A stretch of DNA of 64,000 nucleotides from an uncultured Acetobacteraceae bacterium (GCA_964244655.1 CAXTJU010000004.1:2516-66515); one strand, 5' to 3'; positions 9,837 to 19,387 are shown, numbered from the stretch's first letter. Numbers and translations are program-made. Notes: a model not told the origin generated them from the sequence alone.

Positions 9837-11771
9837 ATGGCTGCTGCGCCCCCCTTCGCCGTCGATCACGGTCAAAAGCTGGCCGATTGCGGCCTGCCCG
9901 CCTTTGCCGCGACGCGGGACGGCGTGGCCGGCTGCATCGCAATCCCGGTGCTGCGGGGCTGGCCTGCCCGCGCGCGGGTGCTGAATGCCATGGCGGGTGC
10001 GGACACGCGCAACCTGCTGGCGCCGTTGGGGCATGGGCCTGCCGCCTTGCCGGCCGGGGAAATGGGCTACTTCGTGTTCTGCCCCGCTCCGCCCGGGCCG
10101 TCCTTGGCCGCCGCGATGCGCCCTTGGTCCGAGCCGGAATTGATGGAGTACGTGCTCAAGCCGTTGACCGCCGTGCTGGCGGGCCTGCGCGCACGGGACG
10201 TGACGCACCGGGCGATCCGGGCGGACAACGTGTTCCAGGCCGCGCCGGGCTCCCCCGTGACGCTGGGGGCCGCCTGGTCCGCCCCGCCGGCTTGCCATCA
10301 GCCGGGCTGGATGGAGCCGCCCTACGTGTCCGCCTGCATGCCTGCCGGTCGCGGCGACGGCACGGCGGCCGACGACGTGTACGCGCTCGGCGCCTTGCTG
10401 GTGACGCTTTCGCTGGGGGGCAGCCCCGTGGCGGGCGTGCCGGAGGAGGCGGTCCTGCAACGCAAGCTGGACCTTGGCAGCTATGCCGCCCTCGTCGGAA
10501 CGCACCGGCTGCCGATGGCCCTCGCCGAACTGGTGCACGGCATGTTGGCGGACGACCCGGACCACCGGCCATCCCTGGAGCTGCTTGCCAGCCCGGCGGC
10601 GGCCCGGGCACGACGGATTGCGGCACGGCCGCTCCGCCGGGCACAGCGCGCCATCGAGTTGGGCAGCCAGCAAGCCTGGACGGCCCGGGGCCTTGCCTAC
10701 GCCCTGCAGCACGAGGCCGCAGCCGGCATCACGCTGCTGCGAACGGGCAGCATCGACCGCTGGCTGCGCCGCAGCCTGGGGGACTTGGCCATGGCGGCGC
10801 GGGTGGACGAAGCGCTGCGCTCAGGCGCCTCGCGTGCCGTGGGCGACGCCGGGGCCGACGCGATCCTGATCATGCGCGTGGCAGGGATGCTTGACCCGAC
10901 GGCGCCGATCCTGTGGCGGTCCCTCATGCTATGGCCGTCGGGCTTCGGGGCGGCCCTTGACCATGCGCTGCATCACGCCCCGGATATGACCGAGCGGCTC
11001 ACCGAGTTCGTCACGCAAAACATCTCGGGGCTCTGGGCCGAACAACAGGGCCGGCCTGACGCTGCAACGGCCAGGCAGGCCGCGCAGGAGATGAGCGGTT
11101 GGCTCGCGGCGGGGCGGGGCGGCACCGGGCTGATCCGCTTGTGCTACGGCCTGAACCCGCTTGCTCCATGCGACTCGCCAATGGCGGCACGGCATTGGGT
11201 CACCAAGTTGGCTGAGCTGCTGCCGGCGCTGGAAGTGTCCGCTCAGCAGCCCCGGGGCAACCACGTCCTGGTGGATGTCCATGTGGCTGCCTTTGTTGCC
11301 GCGCGGCGAGATGCCCGATTGGACATGGACCTCGCGCACCTTGCCGGAGCGCTGTCGCCAGGCAACCTGCTGTCCCAGCTGCAGCTTCTGGCCATGCTGC
11401 AAGCCAAGACGCATCCTATCTTGCTGCCGGCGTTGAGCGCGTGGGTTGTGGACGCCATGCGGCCGGTCATCCAGCAGTTCAGCAGCCGCTCGCGCCGCGC
11501 CCGCTTGTCTGAGCGGCTGACGAGCCTGGGCCAGGCCGGGCTGCTTGCTCCGATTGCAGAATTGCTGGGGAGCCGAGCGGAGCTTGTGGAGGACAGTGAT
11601 GGCTTGGCTGCCGCACGGGATCGGATCGTCGAGATCGACATGGCTGTCGCCGACATGACCCACTCCCTCGCAAACCGGACAGCTCAGACCCGGCGGGTGG
11701 GGCAGGACGTTGCCTCGGGGCTGGCATTGTTGGCCTGCGTGGCGGCGCTCGCCTGGGCAGCGTTCGCCTGA
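9837..11771 (+). CDS. Ser/Thr-kinase-fold protein with degenerate catalytic motifs (pseudokinase) and C-terminal TM helix
   Basis: HRAIRADN (HRD position), LGA (DFG position), DDVYALG; ~450-aa helical extension; terminal LALLACVAALAWAAFA. Confidence 0.75.
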   Translation: MAAAPPFAVDHGQKLADCGLPAFAATRDGVAGCIAIPVLRGWPARARVLNAMAGADTRNLLAPLGHGPAALPAGEMGYFVFCPAPPGPSLAAAMRPWSEPELMEYVLKPLTAVLAGLRARDVTHRAIRADNVFQAAPGSPVTLGAAWSAPPACHQPGWMEPPYVSACMPAGRGDGTAADDVYALGALLVTLSLGGSPVAGVPEEAVLQRKLDLGSYAALVGTHRLPMALAELVHGMLADDPDHRPSLELLASPAAARARRIAARPLRRAQRAIELGSQQAWTARGLAYALQHEAAAGITLLRTGSIDRWLRRSLGDLAMAARVDEALRSGASRAVGDAGADAILIMRVAGMLDPTAPILWRSLMLWPSGFGAALDHALHHAPDMTERLTEFVTQNISGLWAEQQGRPDAATARQAAQEMSGWLAAGRGGTGLIRLCYGLNPLAPCDSPMAARHWVTKLAELLPALEVSAQQPRGNHVLVDVHVAAFVAARRDARLDMDLAHLAGALSPGNLLSQLQLLAMLQAKTHPILLPALSAWVVDAMRPVIQQFSSRSRRARLSERLTSLGQAGLLAPIAELLGSRAELVEDSDGLAAARDRIVEIDMAVADMTHSLANRTAQTRRVGQDVASGLALLACVAALAWAAFA

Positions 11772-12223
11772 TGGCAAGGTCGGCGGCAACGCGGGCGCCG
11801 CGCTCCTGGTTCTGGCTGCAAGGATTAGTTTGCGGCGGGGTGCTGGCGACTGCTCCAGGAACTGCGTTGATACTGTCGGTTTTGCTGGCGCCAGCGATGG
11901 TCGCCTACCCGATGGACGGCACGTCGGGGAGGCCGCATTTCCGCACGATCGCATTGCTCGGCACCGCATCGGCTTTCTCGCCGCTGCTGCTGCTCTGGGA
12001 ACACGGGGGATCAGTTGACGCTGCGCTGGACTTGCTCAGCGATCCGGCACGACCCCTACTGTCCTGGTTTTGTTGTGGGGCCGGATGGCTACTGACCGAA
12101 CTGGCTCAGATGGTGTCGCAGCTTGCCATCACAGGCCGAAATGCAAGAACTCTCAAGCTTCTGCGGACCGAGCGGACATGGCTGACGGAGGAGTGGCTGG
12201 ATGCCAAACCTCCGTCTTCCTGA
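11771..12223 (+). CDS. Hypothetical membrane protein coupled to the pseudokinase
   Basis: TGATG overlap with the upstream stop; 3-4 hydrophobic segments. Confidence 0.75.
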   Translation: MARSAATRAPRSWFWLQGLVCGGVLATAPGTALILSVLLAPAMVAYPMDGTSGRPHFRTIALLGTASAFSPLLLLWEHGGSVDAALDLLSDPARPLLSWFCCGAGWLLTELAQMVSQLAITGRNARTLKLLRTERTWLTEEWLDAKPPSS

Positions 12224-12250
12224 TGCCGCATCTTTGCTGCGACGAAAACC

Positions 12251-13141
12251 TCAGGCTGCGAGCGGAATTGCCAGACGCTGCTCGACAACCTGCTGCTTCA
12301 TGGACTTCTGCAGCTTCTCGAAGGCACGAACCTCGATCTGCCTCACCCGCTCGCGCGAGATGGAGTACTGCTGCGACAGCTCCTCCAGCGTGGTGGGGTT
12401 ATCCTTGAGGCGGCGCTCGATCAGGATGTGGCGCTCACGCTCGTTCAGGGTCTTGAGCGCGTTTGACAGCAAGGTCTTTCGGCCAGTGAGCTCCTCGCGA
12501 TCCGCAAGCTCGGCTTCCTGGCTCTGCCCCTCATCCACCAGCCAGTCCTGCCACTCGCCTTCGCTGTCCGCACGAACGGGAGCATTCAGGCTATGGTCGG
12601 GCGCAGCCAAGCGGCGGTTCATGCTGACCACGTCCTGCTCGGGAACCTGGAGCACACGGGAAATCTTGGCCACCTGGTCGGGCTTCAGATCGCCGTCCTC
12701 GATCGCCTGCATCTGGCCCTTGAGCCGGCGCAGGTTAAAGAACAGCTTTTTCTGCGCGGCGGTGGTCCCCATCTTTACCAAGGACCAGCTGTGCAGGATG
12801 TATTCCTGGATGGCAGCGCGAATCCACCACATGGCATAGGTCGCAAGACGGAAGCCACGGTCCGGGTCGAACCGCTTGACCGCCTGCATCATGCCCACGT
12901 TGCCTTCGCTGATCAGCTCGCCCACCGGCAAACCGTAGCCGCGGTAGCCCATGGCGATCTTGGCGACCAGCCGAAGGTGGGACGTGACCAGCTTGTGGGC
13001 CGCCTCCATGTCCTCGTTGTCCCGCCATGCCTTGGACAACGCCAACTCCTCCTCTGGAGCGAGCATGGGGAACTTGCGTATCTCTTGCAGGTAGCGTGAG
13101 AGGTTGCCCTCAGGCGCGACATTGATCATAGCAGAGGCCAT
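12251..13141 (-). CDS. rpoH: RNA polymerase sigma-32 factor
   Basis: LVTSHLRLVAKIA, GFRLATYAMWWIRA, RpoH box QKKLFFNLRRLK, SRERVRQIE. GAAGGAG RBS before ATG 13141. Confidence 0.97.
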   Translation of the reverse strand: MASAMINVAPEGNLSRYLQEIRKFPMLAPEEELALSKAWRDNEDMEAAHKLVTSHLRLVAKIAMGYRGYGLPVGELISEGNVGMMQAVKRFDPDRGFRLATYAMWWIRAAIQEYILHSWSLVKMGTTAAQKKLFFNLRRLKGQMQAIEDGDLKPDQVAKISRVLQVPEQDVVSMNRRLAAPDHSLNAPVRADSEGEWQDWLVDEGQSQEAELADREELTGRKTLLSNALKTLNERERHILIERRLKDNPTTLEELSQQYSISRERVRQIEVRAFEKLQKSMKQQVVEQRLAIPLAA

Positions 13142-13353
13142 CGATTGGCTCCTTCTGTCCGGATGACGGACGCCCACCCAATACGGCGAAGGCTGATCCC
13201 GGTTTCAATTCCAGACAAGCGTTGACGCGATTGCGACACCTCACGTCCTGGCGATCGCCCCTGGTTAGGCAGCAAATCGCCGGGATGGCATCTTTCCGCC
13301 GCGCCGGCGGGGTAGTTTGTGAGCGAAGTTAATACAGGACCGCGCTGGTACGG

Positions 13354-14349
13354 TCAAGGCAAATGCGACGAATCAACGGTGTCCAGCCCGTCAAGAAGGG
13401 CCTGGAAATCGGGCGGCAACGGCGTCTCGAATCGCAAGGCTTCCTTGGTGCGCGGGTGAGTGAATCCCAGAACCGCGGCGTGCAATGCCTGGCGCGGGAA
13501 GTCCAGCAGCAGGCTTCGCTGCCCAGCCGGCAGCAGCCGGGCGGCAGCCGGGATACGCCGCAGGTAAACCGGGTCCCCCACGATCGGGTGCCCAGCGGCG
13601 GCGAGATGGACGCGGATTTGATGGGTTCGGCCGGTGGCGAGGCGGCATACCACCAACGCGGCGGCCGTCCCCCACGCGTTGCGCACCCGGTAGCGCGTCA
13701 GCGCCGTCTTGCCGCCCCGGGGCACCACGGCCATCCGCTTGCGGTCCCGAGGGTCGCGCCCGATCGGCCCGTTGATCTCGCCCTCCGAAGGCGACGGGAT
13801 GCCCCAGCACAATGCCAGATAGGAGCGTTCCATCGTCCGGGACGCGAAGGCTGCGGCGAGCGCCGCCATCGCCAGCTCGGACTTCGCCACAACCATGACG
13901 CCCGACGTGTCCTTGTCCAGGCGATGCACGATGCCGGGCCGCCGTTCGCCGCCGATGCCGGGCAGGCTGTCGCCGCAATGGGCGAGCAAGGCGTTCACCA
14001 ACGTGCCATCAAGGTTGCCTGGCGCAGGATGCACGACCAGTCCAGCGGGCTTGTCCAGCACCAGCAGGTCGGCATCCTCGAACAAGATCGGCAACGCCAT
14101 GGATTGCGGGACCGGCGCAGCTGCCACTGGCGCTGGCTCAAACAATGTGTATTCCAGGCCTGCGCGCACGGTGAGCGCCGGGTCGATGGCGGTGCTGCCG
14201 CTGGCGGCGGCGTGCCCGCTTTCAATGAGACCCTTGACTCTGGTGCGTGAAATCGTCCCGATCCTGGCTGCAAGGAAGCGATCGAGCCGAAGCCCCGAAT
14301 CATCGGACCCGGCGATGATGCTCCAGGGGCGGTCCTGCGGACTGCTCAT
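13354..14349 (-). CDS. rluD: RluA-family 23S rRNA pseudouridine synthase with S4 domain
   Basis: RLDRFLA S4 domain, DKPAGLVVHP, HRLDKDTSG, TGRTHQIRVH. Confidence 0.93.
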   Translation of the reverse strand: MSSPQDRPWSIIAGSDDSGLRLDRFLAARIGTISRTRVKGLIESGHAAASGSTAIDPALTVRAGLEYTLFEPAPVAAAPVPQSMALPILFEDADLLVLDKPAGLVVHPAPGNLDGTLVNALLAHCGDSLPGIGGERRPGIVHRLDKDTSGVMVVAKSELAMAALAAAFASRTMERSYLALCWGIPSPSEGEINGPIGRDPRDRKRMAVVPRGGKTALTRYRVRNAWGTAAALVVCRLATGRTHQIRVHLAAAGHPIVGDPVYLRRIPAAARLLPAGQRSLLLDFPRQALHAAVLGFTHPRTKEALRFETPLPPDFQALLDGLDTVDSSHLP

Positions 14350-14391
14350 AGCGCCTCAGATAGCGCGCTTTCACCGGCGAAGGGAGACGGA

Positions 14392-14661
14392 ATGCGCGCC
14401 TTGTTAACGGCCGTGGTCGTAATGGGCGTGCTGATCGTGGCCATGGTCGCCACGCTCGTTGTCGTGATCGTGCGCCGGCTGGCTGTGCCGCCCCCTCTTT
14501 TGGCTCAAGCCATGAAGGAGGCGCCGGGAACCCACATGCAAGCCATTGCACCGGCGGGGGACCGTTTGGCCGTGCTGCTGCAAGGCGGCGGTGCGGACCG
14601 AATCGTGTTGCTCGATCCACATTCGGGCCAGGTGGTTGGGCGGATTGGATTGACGCAATGA
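14392..14661 (+). CDS. Conserved hypothetical single-TM protein
   Basis: N-terminal TM helix then a short beta-rich domain; divergent from rluD. Confidence 0.7.
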   Translation: MRALLTAVVVMGVLIVAMVATLVVVIVRRLAVPPPLLAQAMKEAPGTHMQAIAPAGDRLAVLLQGGGADRIVLLDPHSGQVVGRIGLTQ

Positions 14662-14831
14662 AGAAGTCTGAGTTGCCCGAGAAGATTTGCGCCGCCTGTG
14701 GCCGCCCATTCCAGTGGCGGCGCAAATGGGCGCGGAGCTGGGATGAGGTGCGTTACTGCTCTGACGCCTGCCGAACCGGCCGGCGCGCTTCCGCGGTTGC
14801 GCGCATGCCAACCCGCCAAGGCAAGGCTTGA
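14658..14831 (+). CDS. DUF2256-like small CxxC zinc-ribbon protein (57 aa)
   Basis: Below ORF-track cutoff. Manual translation MKKSELPEKICAACGRPFQWRRKWARSWDEVRYCSDACR...; ATGA overlap with the upstream gene. Confidence 0.85.
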   Translation: MKKSELPEKICAACGRPFQWRRKWARSWDEVRYCSDACRTGRRASAVARMPTRQGKA

Positions 14832-14838
14832 TGCGCCA

Positions 14839-14991
14839 TTACGCTGGTGCGAAGACCGCATCCCACCCGAACATGACAAAAGTTAATGACAGAAAAGCGG
14901 CCAGCAAGACCAAGTATGGTAACAAGGTGGCAGGCGCCGCATTGTTTGGCGAGCTAAGAGACTGAGGCTGTTTCTGGATTGATGCAGACAT
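14839..14991 (-). CDS. Small membrane protein (50 aa)
   Basis: GAGG RBS; MSASIQKQ...LLPYLVLLAAFLSLTFVMFGWDAVFAPA has one TM helix. Confidence 0.5.
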   Translation of the reverse strand: MSASIQKQPQSLSSPNNAAPATLLPYLVLLAAFLSLTFVMFGWDAVFAPA

Positions 14992-15020
14992 GTGGCTGCC
15001 TCGGTTGATCACGACCTGAT

Positions 15021-15036
15021 TTAATGCCAGATTAAC
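15021..15036 (+). promoter_or_regulatory. CtrA-binding consensus TTAA-N7-TTAAC
   Basis: TTAA TGCCAGA TTAAC, 30 bp upstream of the 50-aa gene start. Confidence 0.65.
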
Positions 15037-15120
15037 GCCATGCGATACAGTGAATAAACTGGCTGCCGGCATTTTCCGGTTGGGTTGTGCAGCGGGTGAG
15101 AGAACCTACCATGCCGACCG

Positions 15121-15345
15121 TTAACACCCGATTGCCGCAGGCCATGTGATGTTCTGCACCAGCAGCTCTGACCTGACCTCGGCTAAGTCCCGCGCGAGGA
15201 TGCGGAGCAGAAGCGCCCAGCCAGGCCCAGGATGCATGCGGGAGCGCTGGCCAACAAACACCTCGAGGTCCTCCAAGTGGCGGCAAGCGGCGACCAGGTC
15301 ATCCGGGCCCTCACGTTCCAAGCCGTTTGTCACCTTGCCTCCCAT
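15121..15345 (-). CDS. Possible small hypothetical protein (74 aa)
   Basis: Amphipathic helices (DDLVAACRHLEDLEVFV; ALLLRILARDLAEVRSELL); no family recognised. Confidence 0.3.
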   Translation of the reverse strand: MGGKVTNGLEREGPDDLVAACRHLEDLEVFVGQRSRMHPGPGWALLLRILARDLAEVRSELLVQNITWPAAIGC

Positions 15346-15504
15346 GCAGCCCAGGCAGGCTTGATTGCAGCCTACGTCCGGGTCCGACCACATCCGACGC
15401 TTTCCTGCAACTGGCCGCAGAGCAGCCCGCGCATTGAGGTGGACTGGTGAAATAGGGTTAGGCTTGCGAAGCCGGCCACTTTTGCTTATCCAGCACGAGA
15501 ACAT

Positions 15505-15580
15505 GTCCTGTTCGTCTAGAGGCCTAGGACACCGCCCTCTCACGGCGGTAACAGGGGTTCGAATCCCCTACGGGACGCCA
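15505..15580 (+). tRNA. tRNA-Glu (anticodon CTC)
   Basis: Acceptor stem GTCCTGT/ACGGGAC, anticodon arm CCGCC-CTCTCAC-GGCGG, GGTTCGAATCC T-arm, encoded CCA; 76 nt. Confidence 0.97.
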
Positions 15581-15643
15581 GCTTTGACTGCGGCAGATTA
15601 AGCTGGATTCGCCACCCAAGATGGCAGCTCTATCGCTGCCTGA

Positions 15644-16684
15644 TCAGGTGACCCGGCTGACCGTGTAATCCGCGATGTCATACAGGCAACGCTGCAACTC
15701 ACTGGGCGGGAACGCTCCAAGTGCCTGTTGCGCCGAGTCAGCAAAACGGCGAGCCCGGGCAACAGTGGTGGCTAGCGCGCCGCACCGTTCCATCAGTGCC
15801 AACGCATGGTCGAGATCGGCATCAACCTGCTCGGACTGCTCTATGGTGCGGCGCCAGAAGGCACGTTCGGTGGAGGTGCCGGCCTCATAGGCGGCCAGCA
15901 CTGGCAAGGTGATCTTGCCCTCACGGAAATCGTCGCCGACCGTCTTGCCCAGCACGCGCTGGTCTGCCGCGTAGTCCAGCGCGTCGTCAACCAGCTGGAA
16001 CGCCATGCCGAGATTGGTGCCATACTCCGCCAAGGCCGTGACCTCGGCTGCTGGGCTGCCCGCGACCACCCCGCCCACCTGGCACGCGGCGGCGAACAGG
16101 GCCGCGGTCTTGCCGCCAACCACGTCCAGGTAGCGCGCCTCCGAGGTGGAAAGGTCGTTCTGGGTGGTGAGCTGAAGCACCTCGCCCTCAGCGATCGTGG
16201 CCGCGGCATGGGACAGGATGGCCAGGACTTCGAGCGAGCCATCCTCCACCATGAGCTGGAACGCGCGGGCGAACAGGAAATCGCCCACCAGAACGGAGGC
16301 TTGGTTGCCGAAGATCGCGTTGGCGCTGGCCAGCCCGCGGCGCAGCACGCTTTCATCCACCACGTCGTCGTGCAGCAGGGTGGCAGTGTGGATGAACTCG
16401 ACGCAGGCTGCCAACTGGACGTGACGCTGCCCGCCATAGCCGCACATCCGGGCCGTCGCGAGGGTCAGCATCGGCCGCAGCCGCTTGCCCCCGGCAGCCA
16501 CGATGTGGGCGGCCAGCTGAGGGATGAGCGAGACTGGGCTGTCCATCCGCCCAATGACGGCGCGGTTGCAGGCCAGCATGTCCTCCGAGATCAACCGGGC
16601 CAGGCGGACGAGCGCCCCGGCACTGCCGGATTCGGTCGGATGAGGCGTGTGGCCGATCAAAGGCGGGCTTGCAACAACGCCCAA
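15644..16684 (-). CDS. ispB: Polyprenyl (octa/decaprenyl) diphosphate synthase
   Basis: GGKRLRP, LLHDDVVD (FARM), GKTA, FQLVDDALD (SARM). Confidence 0.93.
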   Translation of the reverse strand: MGVVASPPLIGHTPHPTESGSAGALVRLARLISEDMLACNRAVIGRMDSPVSLIPQLAAHIVAAGGKRLRPMLTLATARMCGYGGQRHVQLAACVEFIHTATLLHDDVVDESVLRRGLASANAIFGNQASVLVGDFLFARAFQLMVEDGSLEVLAILSHAAATIAEGEVLQLTTQNDLSTSEARYLDVVGGKTAALFAAACQVGGVVAGSPAAEVTALAEYGTNLGMAFQLVDDALDYAADQRVLGKTVGDDFREGKITLPVLAAYEAGTSTERAFWRRTIEQSEQVDADLDHALALMERCGALATTVARARRFADSAQQALGAFPPSELQRCLYDIADYTVSRVT

Positions 16685-16804
16685 ACGGGGAAACTCCGGG
16701 TCGTGGAAGGCATGGCATCGGGCGATGTTCGCTGCGATGATATCGGCGGCCCGGAAAACCGGTCAAGGTAAGGCGGTGCTGCCACCTGCCAACGGGGCTA
16801 TTCC

Positions 16805-17014
16805 ATGCACGTCGTCGTGGTCACCAACGATCCTGTCCGCCTCAGCTTCCTCATAGCCTTGCTGGCGGACGCGGGCATTGCCGCCACCGTGCTCGACGGG
16901 CATGTGAGCGCGGTGGAAGGCAGCATCGGCGCCATCCCTCGCCGATTGGCGGTGCTGGCTGAGGACGCCTGGGCCGCATTGCGCGTGCTGCGCCAGGCGG
17001 GCGAAGCGTCATAG
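16805..17014 (+). CDS. DUF2007-like small protein
   Basis: TNDPVRLSFLIALLADAGI...D.HVSAVEGSIGAIPRRL pattern, usual neighbour of ispB in alphaproteobacteria. Confidence 0.8.
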   Translation: MHVVVVTNDPVRLSFLIALLADAGIAATVLDGHVSAVEGSIGAIPRRLAVLAEDAWAALRVLRQAGEAS

Positions 17015-17093
17015 GGCCGACCAGGGGCATTTGCCGAGCACCAGACGGGCGGATCATAGAAGGGAAGGAGCACCCTTGGGCTTGACCGCTGCG

Positions 17094-17360
17094 CTAAACG
17101 TCGATGTCGGGGTTGCGCAAACACCATAGACGCTCGTGTGCCGCGACCAAGCTCTCGATGCTGCGGCGGCGGCCTGCATCCCCGGGCGGCGAGCGTCGCA
17201 TCAACATCAGCTCCAACGTACGAAGCAGACAGTCCGCGACGACGAAATCATCCACGTCGCAAGCATGGTGGAAGGCGACAAGTATCTTGTCGGACAAGCG
17301 ACGGCCCTGGCGAAAGACCCCGCCAACCGTACGGGAGGCAGCTTCGTCCAGTGCAACCAA
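17094..17360 (-). CDS. Conserved Rhodospirillales-type hypothetical helical protein
   Basis: RRLSDKILVAFHHACD...RRRSIESLVAAHERLW motif recalled from related genomes; start uncertain (frame open to 17462). Confidence 0.65.
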   Translation of the reverse strand: MVALDEAASRTVGGVFRQGRRLSDKILVAFHHACDVDDFVVADCLLRTLELMLMRRSPPGDAGRRRSIESLVAAHERLWCLRNPDIDV

Positions 17361-17906
17361 TGCTCCTGCCTTTCGTCTCAATGCCCGGCGACAATATCCG
17401 GTTGCAGATGTACCCCGTCTGAGTGGATATGATATGAGACCCAGACGCCTTAATTCCAGCATGGTTTCACTCGCACGACCGGCTTATTTGGCCGCAGCGC
17501 AATTTCCAAGATCATGCCCGGTGACAGCACCTGAAAGTCAAGGCAAGTAGATCGGTTCTAATTTTGAAAGACATTCAAGCACCGAAGAGGTTACAGCAAG
17601 CCCCCATATGGATACATCCGCCAGCGCAAATACAGCTGGAGCTGCACAGGACGACACTTGCATCACCAGTGTGCTCGCAACTCGACATGCAGCGTCTGTT
17701 CGGCCGCAATGACTGAAAGAGTCACCCAGGCGAGGCGGCTTGCTGGCGAACAATTCTACCCAAGACCGTTCATCGCCTGCAAGTCAACGAGCTTGGGCAT
17801 GAGAGGCCGAGCGGCCAACTCGACCAGCAGGTGCAGTGCCTTGACCCGGGATTGAGGCCGCACCCGCAGCCACCGCGTCTTCCCAGCGATGCAGCCCTGG
17901 CGTGCC

Positions 17907-19085
17907 CTAAGCCGCGTCTGCCAGCCACTCCATCGCTGCATCCACCCCGCCGCGGCCATGCGGCACGCCGTTCAGCCGCAGGCTCATTTCCAGCGCGCCA
18001 AGGGTGCCCAGCACCATCGGCTCGTTCAAGTCGCCAAGATGGCCAATCCGCAGCACTTGGCCGCCCAGCTTGCCCAAGCCGCCGCCGGTGGACACGTTGA
18101 ACCGCTCCAGCGCCGTCTTGCGCACCGCGTCCGCGTTGTGGCCCGGCGGCATCTGCACCGCCGTCACCGAGTCCGAAAGGCGGTCCGGCGGCAGGCAGAA
18201 CAGCTCCGGCCCGCCCTCGTTGCCCGCCCAGGTCCGCACGGCCCGGCGCACGCCTTCCGCCAGCCGGTGGTGGCGCGCGACCACCGCGTCCAGCCCTTCC
18301 AGCTCGATCAGGCGCACCGATTCCGCCAGGCCGTAGAACAGCGCCGTCGGCACGGTGCCCATGAAGGAGCGCTGCGGCCGCTTCAACATCTCGGACCAGT
18401 CGAAGTAGTGCCGCGGCAGCCCCGCCTTCGCGTGCGCCGCCATCGCCTTGGCGGATGCGGCGGTGAAGGAGAAGCCGGTCGGCAGCATCAAGCCCTTCTG
18501 GCTGCCCCCCACCGCGGCGTCGATGCCCCACTCGTCGAAGCGGAACTCCAGCGAGCCGAGCGAGGAGATCGTGTCCACCAGCAGCAGCGCGTCCGACCCG
18601 GCGGCATCGATGGCCGCCCGCACGGAAGGGATGTCCAGCGCCATGCCGGTCGAGGTCTCGTTGTGGACGCACAGCACGCCCTTGGCCGCCGGGTGCTGCC
18701 GCAGCGCCTGGGTGATGGCGTCATACTCCACCCCGCGCCGCCAGTCCGGCCCGGCGACCACCACCGGGTTCAGGCCGAACTTGACCGCCATGGCGGACCA
18801 GCCCTCGCTGAACCAGCCAGTCTCCACCATCAGCACGGTGTCCCCCGGCGAGAACAGGTTGACCAGCGTGGCCTCCCACGAGCCGTGGCCGGAGGCGGTG
18901 TAGAGAAACACCTCGCCTGCCGCCCGCAGCACCCGCTTCAGCCCCGCGACGGACTGGGTGAACACGGCGGTGAACTCCGGGTCCATGAAGTCGATGGTGG
19001 GGCGGTCCATGGCGCGGAGCACGCTGTCCGGGATGTTGGTGGGGCCGGGATTTGCGTAAAATTGGCGGCCGGTCTTGCGCGGCAT
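17907..19085 (-). CDS. Class V PLP aminotransferase (serine-glyoxylate/alanine-glyoxylate type)
   Basis: NPGPTNIP, SGHGSWEA, HNETSTG, VDTISSL, GSQKGLMLPTG, RIGHLG. Confidence 0.92.
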   Translation of the reverse strand: MPRKTGRQFYANPGPTNIPDSVLRAMDRPTIDFMDPEFTAVFTQSVAGLKRVLRAAGEVFLYTASGHGSWEATLVNLFSPGDTVLMVETGWFSEGWSAMAVKFGLNPVVVAGPDWRRGVEYDAITQALRQHPAAKGVLCVHNETSTGMALDIPSVRAAIDAAGSDALLLVDTISSLGSLEFRFDEWGIDAAVGGSQKGLMLPTGFSFTAASAKAMAAHAKAGLPRHYFDWSEMLKRPQRSFMGTVPTALFYGLAESVRLIELEGLDAVVARHHRLAEGVRRAVRTWAGNEGGPELFCLPPDRLSDSVTAVQMPPGHNADAVRKTALERFNVSTGGGLGKLGGQVLRIGHLGDLNEPMVLGTLGALEMSLRLNGVPHGRGGVDAAMEWLADAA

Positions 19086-19387
19086 CGAGGAAGTCCTTTC
19101 GAGGCTGCCATGTAGGTCGGGCGGACCACGGCCGGATCAAGCTCTCCTGCGCCGACTTGCAGCGGCGGGGCGGGCGTCCGAGCGCCAACCTATACGTGCG
19201 GAAGCGAACTGGTTGATCCGCAGCAGCCGGCTGGCGAACGCACACCCGGCAAGCCGCATAGCATGGAGCCACGGCCAGCATGGGCAGAGTCAACGCGAGC
19301 CGGGTGACTCGGCCAAGCCATGCAAGCGCCGCGTGCGCTCCGGGCCGCCGTCGTTTGCCTGAAGGCGTCCGACGGCGGCCAAAGATG

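Noticed and set aside
15505-15644. tRNA-Glu as an island integration site
   Set aside because: Its 3' end runs straight into ispB; no integrase or duplicated tRNA end seen.
17601-17610. Sigma-32 -10 element CCCCATAT
   Set aside because: No CTTGAA -35 at the right spacing and no downstream gene on that strand.
19090-19290. Glycine riboswitch ahead of the class V aminotransferase
   Set aside because: GGAGAG is present but the CCGAAG and CTCTCAGG core elements are missing.
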